Assembly (NCBI RefSeq): GCF_011745625.1
Contig: NW_027191456.1
Span: forward strand, 682,001-746,000
Reading direction: 5' to 3'
Source: Cladosporium halotolerans
Lineage: Eukaryota
DNA: 64,000 nucleotides
Below the pieces are notes generated by a model. The model saw nothing but the letters and a program-made list of their open reading frames with translations, was not told where the DNA came from and searched no databases. Positions 44,725-55,387 of this stretch are shown here, piece after piece. Every line of letters begins with the position of its first letter. Within the stretch, counting starts at the first letter, position 1. A program made the position numbers and the translations under genes.

Positions 44725-45542
44725 TGGGAGCGGTTCGGGGAGTTGCAGCGGGGAGAGAGTGTGCGCTTCGACAGCGAGGTGGTGGCATCGAGGCAGGCGC
44801 CGCTGCTATCGTTCGGTGATAAGGGGTGTCGCGGTGTGAGGCTGCGGCATTTGCGGTTTGAGATGCGAAGGAAGGGCGGATCTGAGGCAATTGCTGGATG
44901 TTCGAGATGGCTTTGGCTTTCCCCCGGCCGCCCCAGAGTTGCGGGACCGTTGCCCGTTGCCCGGGCCTTGCGTAAGGCGGGTGACGTTTGCAAGGGACCG
45001 ACGCGCGCGTGTCGCCATCCGTGCGCTTGTGAACGGGCGCGCAGGTGGAGTGTGCTCCGGCTTCAGGAACGGCTGAAGAGTCGACCTGTGCGCGTCCTCG
45101 GCTTCTGCGCGACGTCGGACATTGCAGTCGTGCCGTCGCGAAGGGGCAAAGGGATCAATGAGCGTGCAGACAGTATGCCATCCTTGATTGGAAATAGAGC
45201 ACGTCGCGTTCATGACTCCGCTACATTCAGATGCCAGTCAACCCGAGAGAGACGACAATTGCGAAAGAAACAAGAATCTATGAAGGCTTACACCGAATCA
45301 ATAATGACTACGAAACAGCATCATTACCACCCTCACGACCAAGGAATCCTAAAGAACCCCCTTGCCGAAGCCGTCGGCTTCGCACCCACCCTCGTAGGGA
45401 GAGTGAAAGAGTAAGCCTTGGGACCATCGCCATTACCAGGATTCCCGGAGTGCACGAAAGCTGGCCTTCTTGCATCTCGCTCCCTGGAACTTAGTATCAG
45501 CATGTGCATTGATAGAACGTCGAAACAGAGCCACTTTCTTAC

Positions 45543-46594
45543 TTACTCAATGGCCGGCGCCTCCATCTCCTCAGCGACAGGCTCGTCGGCGTACGCGGCG
45601 CTAGCGCTGGCGTCGTAGTCCTCGCACTCATCGCCGTCATTGTCCTCGACGTCGCGAGTGAGGAGCTTCTCGCCATAGCCCTCAAGCGAAGTATCGACTT
45701 CCTCGTCACCGAATCCGGAACCTCGCCAACATCCTCGTCGCCCTCGACGCCGCGAGCCTGGAGACCCTCGCCGTAGCCTTCGAGCGAGGTGTCGACTTCC
45801 TCGTCGCCCAAATCAGGGACTTCGCTAGTCTCGTCGGCGACGTCGCGGGCTTCCAATGTCTCGGCGTAGCCCTCGAGCGAAGTGTCGACCTCCTCGTCGC
45901 CGGGGTCAGGCACCGCGTCGTCCTGCGCGTCGCGCTCGAAGACGCCGTGCTCGGCGAGGAAGTCCTTGTGCTCTTGGCTGTTGAGGTAGTCGTCTTCATC
46001 ATCTTCGTTCACGTCGCGGGCCTCGAGAGACGGCTCGCCTTCCTCCTCAGTCTCAGCGTCGTAGCCCTCGAGCGAGTAGTCAATCTCTCCCTCATTATCA
46101 GGGCTAGCGTCGCGACGCTGCAGGACGTCGGCATCGTAGCCTTCGAGCGAGTAATCGATTTCTCCACCCTCGTCACCCTCATCTTCGTCCTCGGCGTCGC
46201 GACGGCTCAGTTGAGCGTCATCGTCGTCCTCCTCAGTCTCCTCAAACTCATCACCCCCATCCACATCCCTCTCCTCGAAACCCCCATACCCCTCCAACGA
46301 AACATCGACCTCCTCGGCCCCGAAATCCGGCACCTCGCCCGTCGCCTCGCGCGCAACGTGCCAAGCGCCCGCGTCGTGCTCCTCGCCGAAAGCGTACGAG
46401 GGCGCCGGGCCGCCGTGCGCGGCTTCCCAGGCGGCGGTGCGGACGGCGGCGGCTTCGGCGTCGCGCTCGGCGAGCTCGTCGGTGGTGGAGTCCTCGTGGC
46501 CTTCGGGGGAGTAGGGCGTGGGGATCTGCTTTGCGACGGCGGCGGCGGCGAGGGTCGCGAAGGTGGCGGTGCAGAGGATTTTGCGGAAGTACAT
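45543..46594 (-). CDS. Secreted acidic repeat protein, candidate Kex2-processed repeat (KEP) peptide precursor; 1-nt frameshift at ~45712
   Basis: Signal peptide MYFRKILCTATFATLAAAA; six E[V/I]D[T/Y/V]SLEGY cores; RR-D, AR-D and ER-D boundaries; sixth repeat continues in the shifted frame to TAA 45543. Confidence 0.8.
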
Positions 46595-48978
46595 TTTGGG
46601 CTGGTCTTTTTTTGGGCGCTGTTCTACGCGGGTAAAGGGAAGGGGGTTGCGCCTAGCTGGGGGCAAATGAAATGAAGGTGTTGAGGAGAGGGGAAGGGGA
46701 CAAGGGAACAATCGGGTGCACATAGCTGTCGGCGAGCTGATGAGGGCATCAATGGGGGCGCTCGTTCGTGCTGTGGGCGTGGCTTGGGTTTCCGAAAGCG
46801 GACAATAGGGCCTTCATGGTGCTGAAAGCGCTCGGGCATTGCGGACAGATTTGGGGATGGCGGACAAAGAGTTGTTGCGTTCTCGACGCGGGAGGCGTCA
46901 TTTGGGGTGCTTTGTTCCTTACTGATGTGCGTGGTTGACAGTCGTCACTTATTTGAACGGAGAGCTGTGGTCTCTGGGTATGTCGTCGCCGGCATGGTGA
47001 GATCGTGCGGATTCATGTAGAACTGATGGGTCGCTGTTCACGCTATATTGTTGATGTTTCCTTTGCAACGCATGCTGCTTATGATATTTACAAGTCTCTC
47101 GGCTAACAGATGTTTGTTCGAGTCGTGCATGCGTTTCCTATTGCCAATTGCACGAGTGCTTGAAAGCAAGTGACGTCGGAACTCCATCTCGGCGGTTGTA
47201 TTCCACAAACGCCAAGAGGAGTTGGAATGCAGAGCCGCGCTTCCGTCGCATGGGCATGGCAGAGGCTGGGCGTGCGATGTGCATGCATGCACCTGTCGCG
47301 GAAAAATGTCTTGTGAGCGAGACGCCCAATCCGCGATGACCTACGGTTAAGCTTATCGCGACCTCGCGAGAACCTGTAGCTTCCCAGATTGTCAATGCGC
47401 GAATATATCGCGCAGATCCAGTATGAAGCTGATGACCAGCAAAAACAATTAGAAGCGGATCCGAGAGTTCGTCATCGGGCTGTCGACAATATTGTTTTTG
47501 TTCGATCCCACTTGAGATCCTCGATTCAATGCTTGGAAGGTTTCTGATGATCGGCTGACTACTCTGGGTTGAGGCTCGGGGGAATTTCAACAGCCTCCGT
47601 TAGATTGTGGAGAACGGCATGCCGATCACAAGGGTTCGATGTCATGCTTGGAGAGTTGGAGTTGACCTGTCGCGAGTCGCCAGGGGCGCGAGGGGGCTGA
47701 TGGCTTCGCGTGGCAATGCAGAAGCGAGCAGCAGCTTACATCGAACCTGTCGATTTCAACAAACAAGAAGCCCGAGACCCCCGAGACGGGTGTGACGCGG
47801 GATGATTGTGCGAACGACGATTAATCGCAAGCCGGATATGATGGCGACGCGACTCGGCGTGCGTTAGCCTGCTTCTCGAACTTCGGCCCGGCGAGGATGA
47901 GACAGCAGTGCCTGGCGGCAGCGCATGGTTGGCGGGCGCGCCTCGTGGTGGCTTCGCACCGCTAATGCTCCCCGTACAAGCCGGCCGCGCACTAGCTGGC
48001 GCAAGCTGGGACCGCGGCAACGGCACTGCACGCACGAGAATAGGAGCGAGTCGAGACTCAGCAATAGCAACTCAGGGTATGAGCACGCACGCAGGGGCCG
48101 AAAGGCGTCACAGGGCTGCCTGAGGACACACGACGGCGCAGCCGGAGACGAACGGCGGTCGAGGGGTGCACACGCGGGTGGTTACGGGGAGACGAGCACA
48201 CAGAGAATTAAGGGAGGAAAATTGTGCTGGGCAGGCGAGGGTGTGGTGTTTGTCGCGGACGGGTGTGGGTGGCGTGAGTGGGTGGGCGGGTGGGCTGGCG
48301 TTACGTAGGTCTCTGGAAAAGTTCAGGCGTGCAGGCAGAAGGAACCTTAGCAGCCGTGAGCTGCTGCTGCCTCCGCCGCGCCCCTCGCAGCCGCGCGATA
48401 ATCGGCGCAGAGCTGCACCGTCGCCGCTGTTACCATCACCGACGCTGCCATCGACCTGTTTCTACACCAAACACGCCCAAACACGCTCCCACCGCTCCTC
48501 CCGCCTCACCGCATCCCCGCCCGTCACCGCGCCCACCCCGCCCAGCAACCGCCGACACTCTGCCCTCCGCGGCGTCCGCCTGCAAGTCCCCGGCCGACCC
48601 GCTGCGACCGCGGCATCGCTCGCAACGCGCGCTGCTCAAGGCCTCCTGAGGCGAGCGCAACACCTCCCGCCCGCCACTCTCCATCGTCATCATCGCCGTC
48701 GCCGTCGCCGCCCAACGTCCACCTCCAACTCCACCTCACCACCTCCCTAACCCCCCGATACCGCCTTCACGCCCAACCCGGACGTCAGCCCGCCTTGCGT
48801 TGCCTCCACGCGCTGCACATGCAAGGTCTCCAGCCAGCAGCCAATCCCCGTTGCCGTCGCCTAGCTTTGTAGCTGTGCCAGCATTCTTTGTCCAACCAGC
48901 GACAATAATCACCTCAGCCCAACGCGCACACACGCGACACGCCCTTTTCGCCGTCGCCAGACTCTCGCGCCTCGCACC

Positions 48979-50412
48979 ATGGCGTCGACACCCCGACAAC
49001 AGTCTACCACCATGCCGTACAACACTCGACGGAAATCACTCTCGCTGTCGGAGCTCGGTATCACCGTGCCCAAGCGCGCGAGAATAGCCGTCCAGCCCTC
49101 GCCGCCCAGCACCGCCGTCGATGGAGAGGAGCCGCCCGTCAAGAAATCCAAGCGGTCGCATGGCCCTGCGTCGCCAACCCTGAGCGACATGAGCCCGCCG
49201 CGAGCCACCGCCATTCGCATCAAGGAAGAGAAGCCCAAGCGTGCTGCCGCGCTGTCGCCGCCGCCGTCGCCGGTGCGAGAAGGTGAAAGCAAAGTCGACA
49301 TCGAAGGCATACGCGATGAAATTGTCGTCGGCGCGATACAACAGCTCGAGAAGACGGGCAACCGACCCCACCTGGTGAAGGAGTTGGCTGCCGTGCTTGC
49401 GACAAGCATTCCTGCTATTGAGAGGTACGATCATATGGGCGCCCCAAAACATGGTCGTAGTGAAACTAACATCATCCTCAGATCTGCCAACCCCTCTGCT
49501 CTCATCTCAGCACGCCTCACCGCATACCTCAACCGATCCTGGCCTGCCATCAGCCCGTGCCCTCTGGCTAAGGACCTCTCCACCGTCCACCCTCGCCGAC
49601 TCTTCTTCTACCTCACCACCATGCCTGCCCAACCGTTGCCCGCGCACGTCGATCCTCTACCGAAACAAAATCGCATCATCTCACCCTCCCTCTCATCCGC
49701 TTCAGCCGCCGACGAGGAAGATGAAAGATACAACCGTGCGCGTGCCGCACTGTCGCCCTCGCCCGAAGTCGACCTCTCCTCGCCCGAACTCGACGACGAC
49801 AGCTCAGACAATCCCTCTCACGGATCTTTCTCGAATCGCAACTCCATCGCGAGGGAACACCCTCCCACATCCGCGAACCTAGCCCACAACCGCCGCGCCG
49901 CTAGCCCTCAACTGGAACGCGAAGAACGCGATTTCAAACAGACCGCGAACCTCCTCCACGAACAGGCCCGCCTCCGCCGCGCAAGCGAAGAAGACGTCAA
50001 AATGGCCGACACCGCCGCGGGCGCAGAGCTCGACTCCGGAAGCGTGGCCCAATCCGTTGAGAATGCCAGCAACGAAGAAGACCAGGACACTGAAGCCGCC
50101 GCCGAACTCTTCCAGCACGCCGAACACCTTCGTCCGCACGCCACCGTCAACATGGAGTTCAGTAGCCCGGTGCTGCAAGCTCGCTCGTTGGACGACACTG
50201 TTTCCGGCGCGGAGGCTTCGAAGGACGGCAGCGCCCTCAAATACGAGCGGAGAGACGAGTGCATGGAGGGCATGAAGACGCTGGACCTGGATGCTACGCT
50301 CACAGAAGCCTCGTCTCACAGCCAACCGGACTCCTTCGCGTGGGATAGTCTGATGAGCCCGGAGAACATCGAGCTCTCCGAGCTGGACGATATGTTCGAT
50401 TCTTTCCCTTGA
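48979..50412 (+). CDS. Gds1-like winged-helix nuclear protein; in-frame intron 49425-49481; alternative start 49012
   Basis: MPYNTRRKSLSL, QLEKTGNRPHLVKELAAVL, SANPSALISARL..YL, SPENIEL.ELDDMF; intron GTACGA..ACTAAC..CAG. Confidence 0.8.
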   Translation: MASTPRQQSTTMPYNTRRKSLSLSELGITVPKRARIAVQPSPPSTAVDGEEPPVKKSKRSHGPASPTLSDMSPPRATAIRIKEEKPKRAAALSPPPSPVREGESKVDIEGIRDEIVVGAIQQLEKTGNRPHLVKELAAVLATSIPAIERYDHMGAPKHGRSETNIILRSANPSALISARLTAYLNRSWPAISPCPLAKDLSTVHPRRLFFYLTTMPAQPLPAHVDPLPKQNRIISPSLSSASAADEEDERYNRARAALSPSPEVDLSSPELDDDSSDNPSHGSFSNRNSIAREHPPTSANLAHNRRAASPQLEREERDFKQTANLLHEQARLRRASEEDVKMADTAAGAELDSGSVAQSVENASNEEDQDTEAAAELFQHAEHLRPHATVNMEFSSPVLQARSLDDTVSGAEASKDGSALKYERRDECMEGMKTLDLDATLTEASSHSQPDSFAWDSLMSPENIELSELDDMFDSFP

Positions 50413-51135
50413 ATTGGAGCGCTTTTTCGATCCTCAAGCGCGCAATCTCGATTTTGCCGTTCTACTTTACCATAGCACATTCACACAGCGAACTTGTATT
50501 ACTACAGAAAATCGGGACGGCATACAAAAAAAATGTGGGCGGGCGCAAGGGGTAAAGGGTGCCATTTATTGGGAAGCCAGAAACGGCCATGGGGCGCGAG
50601 CCCACAGAAAGATTGCAGAAAGATGAGATGAGATGGAGGGCAAAGCTGTAGTCTGCGAGCTCGCTTTCTTATCAGGCCTGGCGCTTGATAGGACTTTTTC
50701 TCTTTCCCTACTCAACTTCTCACAGGGAGGGCAGATGGGAGATTTGTACTTGTACTATTGTAACGGCCCTTTATTATTACTTTTTGATACACAGACAGAA
50801 AAAGAACAACATTCAACCTTTCCGATTTCAGTCACCGTCTCGTTCAACCAGCATTGGAAACCTGCAACATGTGTGGACGAACGAGACCCGTGAATAGTTC
50901 GTTCTTTGCGAAGTGGCCTTCCACCTCTCCAACTCCTCATGTTCATACAACAATCTCTCCTAGTAATATTACATACATACTCGTACATTTGATCGAGACC
51001 TGAAAATAAGAAGTGACGTCTGGTCAGCCTGTTACTCGTTGGATGCGCTCCGTGGAGTGTCAGGGTTAGATCGGCCTCCCATCCCCCCCAGAGAGAGAAG
51101 TCAAAAGCTTGTTTGATTCTGATTTTTTCTTTCTC

Positions 51136-51239
51136 GGGATCAGACAGTAGGAAATCAATAAGATCATGCAGCGCGCGAACGCGGTCACAGTCCCGTCTTG
51201 AAACATTTTTGGTTGGTGTGATTGGTGTCATCATGGTAG
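51136..51239 (-). ncRNA. Box C/D snoRNA, U21(SNORD21)-like LSU rRNA methylation guide, in a 3'-UTR intron of OMS1
   Basis: C box ATGATGA (51234-51228); 14-nt antisense TGTTTCAAGACGGG to conserved LSU rRNA CCCGUCUUGAAACA, followed by A-CTGT (D'-like); D box CTGA (51143-51140); intron GTAAGC 51288..GCTGAC..TTTTCAG 51000. Confidence 0.75.
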
Positions 51240-51313
51240 GAAGGGAGGGAGGGACAGCAGATGAAGGGATCATGTATGGGGGGCTTACCAGGCTCTTCAA
51301 TGAGGATGCTCGC

Positions 51314-52513
51314 TCACTTCAGGCCGAGCCAGCCGCGCCATCCAGAAGAATCGGCAGTGGCAGGAGCCTGTCCCTGTTTTTGCGTCGGCGCCTCAATTTC
51401 CTGCGCCTTCGGTTCCGCCTTCGCAGACCCAGCAGCAGCAGCAGCCTCCACCGCCTTCTTGCTAGGCTTCAGCTCAAACACGCTCGTCGTCCCCAGATGC
51501 GCCCTGTACTCCGTCACGACTTCCAACCCGCCCACCTCCGCCGCCTCCGCAACGATCGCGCCCACATCCCGATTAAACCAGCAGCCGTGGATCTCCGCGT
51601 GCTTCTGCGCCGACGCGTCCAGGATCCGGTTCAACCAGCCGTAGTAAGAGCGGCCGTGCTCGAGCAGCAGGATGCGGGCGTCCGGGTCCGACGTGTCGAG
51701 GTGCTGCGCCATGTTGACGAGGAGCTCGTGCGGCGTGGGCGTGCTGCAGATGCCCATTGTCTGCACGATGGTGGTGTATTTCGTTCCGGAGGGGGAGAGC
51801 GGCATGGGTGACAGGGCGGAGCAGGTCGCGAAGCGGACGGAGAGGTTGGGCTTCCAGTTTGGTGTGGCCGAGGGCGGGTAGAGGGAGCGCCACTTGCGCT
51901 TGCAGGCGTCGACCATGGGCGCGCTGAGGTCGATGCTGGTCAGGCTGTCGATGGCGCTGCTGGGGGACAGGTCGTAGTAGCCCAGGTTGCGGCCGGTGCC
52001 GCAGGAGACTTCGAGGACGTGGCCGCGGCACTGGCGGCTGATGTCGCGGCGGATGGAGTTGACGCCCATCAGGGCCTCGGAGAGACCGACGTCGCTGTCG
52101 AAGCTGTCGGCTGTTTCGTCGTAGCGTGCTGCGACGTCCTGTTGGTTGGCGAGCTGGTCGATGCCCGGGTGCTTGCAGGGCTGGTTGGCGATGACGACGA
52201 GCTGGGCGATGTATAGGCCCATGGCGGCGGCGAGGGCGGAGAGGAAGAGGGGCGCAAATTTCCTGCCTGCTTGCGGCGCTGAGGGGGAGTTGCTGGGGAG
52301 CATTGGCTTGATGGCCTCGCCGGGTTTGGTGAACTCCGGCACTGAGGGTCGTTTGTGTTGTGATGCGTGGCGGGCGATGAAGCCCTGATGCAAAGGGCGC
52401 CTCACATGGCTTCTGAGCACCTGCCGGAGCAGCGGAGTCGTCTGGACTCGTTGCACCGGGAGAGATATCGAGGCCCTCGAGAGGAGCGTTGTGGAAAGAA
52501 CGGAAGACGACAT
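51314..52513 (-). CDS. OMS1: Mitochondrial SAM-dependent methyltransferase Oms1-like
   Basis: Arg-rich presequence, one TM, motif I VLEVSCGTGRN, TIVQTMGICS, ILLLEHGRS, HGCWFNRD. Confidence 0.85.
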   Translation of the reverse strand: MSSSVLSTTLLSRASISLPVQRVQTTPLLRQVLRSHVRRPLHQGFIARHASQHKRPSVPEFTKPGEAIKPMLPSNSPSAPQAGRKFAPLFLSALAAAMGLYIAQLVVIANQPCKHPGIDQLANQQDVAARYDETADSFDSDVGLSEALMGVNSIRRDISRQCRGHVLEVSCGTGRNLGYYDLSPSSAIDSLTSIDLSAPMVDACKRKWRSLYPPSATPNWKPNLSVRFATCSALSPMPLSPSGTKYTTIVQTMGICSTPTPHELLVNMAQHLDTSDPDARILLLEHGRSYYGWLNRILDASAQKHAEIHGCWFNRDVGAIVAEAAEVGGLEVVTEYRAHLGTTSVFELKPSKKAVEAAAAAGSAKAEPKAQEIEAPTQKQGQAPATADSSGWRGWLGLK

Positions 52514-52777
52514 GTGGAATGTCGCGGTTGAAAGTTTTAACTCATGATGATATGATGTCGTTACGCCGCATCGACTTCGGGCAACGCGCTGGCCAGGGCC
52601 GAAGTCGCGACCTCGGGCGCGCTAGGAGAATTAGCCCGCCAGAAATGTTGTCTTACGCCCTGTCGCATGGCAAACGATTATATTATAGAACCACAATTTG
52701 TAGGTCCGCAATCTCTCACACTATCTCTGGCATCTCGTGTCTCGTATTGTGAGGTTGAACACGCTGTGAGTGCAACG

Positions 52778-54151
52778 ATGTCTAACCCCATTCCTTCTTC
52801 AATTCTTATCGTAGGCGCCGGCGTTTTCGGCCTGGGCACTGCCTATGCACTCGCTCAAAGGGAGGAATACAAGAATACTAAAATCACTGTCCTGGACCGG
52901 TCTGGCTTCCCGGCACCGGACTCATCAAGCATTGACTCCAGCCGTATCATTCGCGCGGACTATGCGGACTACTACTACAGCGCACTATGCACGGAATCGC
53001 TCAAGGAGTGGCGGGGAGAATGGGGCCAGGACGGGCGGTATCATGAGACTGGGCTTGCCATTCTGATGGACGGCAAGAACCTCGACCGCGGCGGCAAGAC
53101 TGCCATGCAACAGGAGATGCAACGCAACCTTCAGAAGCAGGGTCTGAAGGCTGGTAAGAAGGAGGACGGTGGCCAGATTACCGTGCTTGAGAACGAAGAT
53201 GATGTGAAGGCCATTGCTCCTAGCATTCCTGGTGCCGCTGGTCAAAGCGGCTATGTAAACTGGACTTCTGGATGGGCTGACGCCGAGGCTGGCATGCGGT
53301 ATCTACTCAAGAAGGTTGAGGCTACTGGCCGCGTGGAGCTTAGGACTGCGGAAGTCAAGAGTCTGATCTTTGACCACGCCAATGGCTCTGTGCCGGGTGT
53401 TGAGCTCGTCAGTGGGGAGAGACTGATGGCTGACTTGACAATCCTCGCGGCTGGAGCCTGGTCTCCTAAGTTTATCGACCTTCGTGGTCGTGCCAGCGCG
53501 TCTGGCCAGATCCTTGCATACATCGACATCACCGCAGAAGAAGAGGAGAAGCTGAAGAACAACCCGGTGCTGCTCAACTACAGCAATGGCATGTTCATCA
53601 TCCCTCCTCGGCACAAACAGCTCAAGGTCGCCCGCCACGGTTACGGCTACGCCAACTTCCAAACGATCCCTCATCCCGAACACCCCGAATCTGGAAACAC
53701 GATCAAGGTCTCACTTCCGAAAACGAAATACGACGACCCGTACATGGAGATCCCCAAAGAGGGTCAAGATGTCTGCCGGGCTTTCTTGAAGGAATGCTTG
53801 CCCGATTTCGCGAACCGTCCGTGGACTCACACCAGGATCTGCTGGTACACCGACACCCCTACCGGCGACTGGATCATCGACTACCACCCCAAGTACAAGG
53901 GCTTGTTCCTTGCCACGGGCGGATCCGGCCACGGCTACAAGTTCGTACCCAAGATTGGCGAGAGGATCGTCGATGTGATCAAAGGACAGCCGCGTGACGA
54001 TCTGGGCACCGCGCTGCAGAAGAAGTGGGCGTGGCCGGAGCAGAAGTACCACTTTGACCACGTTTGGACGAATGACTGGAGGGGTGGCAGCAAGGGCATG
54101 ATTTTGGCCGAGGAGCACAGTAGAGGCCCGAAGCCTCGAGCGAAGCTGTGA
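52778..54151 (+). CDS. Peroxisomal FAD-dependent amine oxidase (sarcosine / L-pipecolate / fructosyl-amino-acid oxidase family)
   Basis: ILIVGAGVFG, SIDSSRIIRADY, RICWYTDTPTGD, ATGGSGHGYKF; C-terminal AKL (PTS1). Confidence 0.9.
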   Translation: MSNPIPSSILIVGAGVFGLGTAYALAQREEYKNTKITVLDRSGFPAPDSSSIDSSRIIRADYADYYYSALCTESLKEWRGEWGQDGRYHETGLAILMDGKNLDRGGKTAMQQEMQRNLQKQGLKAGKKEDGGQITVLENEDDVKAIAPSIPGAAGQSGYVNWTSGWADAEAGMRYLLKKVEATGRVELRTAEVKSLIFDHANGSVPGVELVSGERLMADLTILAAGAWSPKFIDLRGRASASGQILAYIDITAEEEEKLKNNPVLLNYSNGMFIIPPRHKQLKVARHGYGYANFQTIPHPEHPESGNTIKVSLPKTKYDDPYMEIPKEGQDVCRAFLKECLPDFANRPWTHTRICWYTDTPTGDWIIDYHPKYKGLFLATGGSGHGYKFVPKIGERIVDVIKGQPRDDLGTALQKKWAWPEQKYHFDHVWTNDWRGGSKGMILAEEHSRGPKPRAKL

Positions 54152-55387
54152 AAATAGAAACATGCTCGTTGACTCCATTCTTCCCATACCAGCACAGCCT
54201 CAGTATTTTGGTCCTGTCAGAGATCGCGCGCGCCTATGGTCGACCCAGACGTCGAGTGAGACCCGCAGATTACCTTTTGTGGAGATTGGTCGTGTGACTT
54301 TCGATCAGAATCATGAGATTCTATTGTATTACTGAAGATGCCCGTTGTAAAACTCCGAGAAATGTCATACTGCGGCACTGACATGTCGACTGTCTCGTGT
54401 CGTGTGAGTCCACGAGCAGGCAGCATCGTCGACTCCGAGTCGAGCTGTCTTGCCGAGCTGCACGACATGTGAGTCACCATTTTTACATGTACTTCTGAAA
54501 CGCAAGAAGGGAAGCGTTTGATCTCCATCCCCATCGAACTAATGCAGGCCCATGCAGCTCGATCTGCAGTACGATGTGACTCCATCCTCCCATTCGCCAG
54601 TCGCCAAAAGCTTGGCTTGAACCTCGTCCAACTTCTCTAGCCGCCCATCCAACCGCGCCTCCCCGAGCGCTTACAACAACATCCCTCTGATGCGGTCGGG
54701 ACGGCGGAGTACGCAGTACCGACCTGGCGCTGTGTATACACCGCAGGCGCTAAACCACACGCGCGCTTCTTGTCCCGTTTCATCTCTGCAGGCGCCGACG
54801 CAAGCCATTTTTCGATGGCCCGGAATTAGCCACGTCCACTCATTGCTAAAAAGTCCATTGACAATGCAGAACCGCAGAAGAGCTAGCGATGCTAGTACTG
54901 CTCCGGAACATTCGATCGCGAAATCATGAAACGTGTTTCGAGATTTCCATATGGTCGGCAGAATTGTCGCTTAACACCAAATGGGCCATGTAGTCATTCT
55001 GCAAGGCCCATTCACGTATGTCTGGCCTCCACAGCATCCGCACGGGCTTTCAATGTTTCACGACATGTGTAAAAATACGCTAAGTTTTCTAGCACCCTGG
55101 CTCGGTATAGCATCGTTCGCTGTGATGCCTTGAGACAGCAGGCTATATAGATGTAGCCGCTCCTACCAACATCGGCCTCTTCCTCAGCATCTACCAACAG
55201 CTTACCTCTGTGTTACCTACTTGTGACGATTGCACGAGTTTCCTTGTCTCTTGGGCTTTCATTTGTTGTTTTCATCCTCGTTCAAGAGCTGGTCTCTTCT
55301 ATCATCCGCCTTTGGCGCCTATACACCTAGACAAACGGCAGGTCCGTCCTAATATCGATCAAGCACGAACAAAGGATTCTGGCCGGC

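Noticed and set aside
47000..48978. Many overlapping Arg/Pro-rich ORFs (also at 29650-30330 and 31000-32100)
   Set aside because: GC-rich promoter, UTR or intron sequence without coding signatures
50755..51300. 181-aa ORF downstream of OMS1
   Set aside because: No codon bias or motifs; better explained by the 3'-UTR intron and snoRNA
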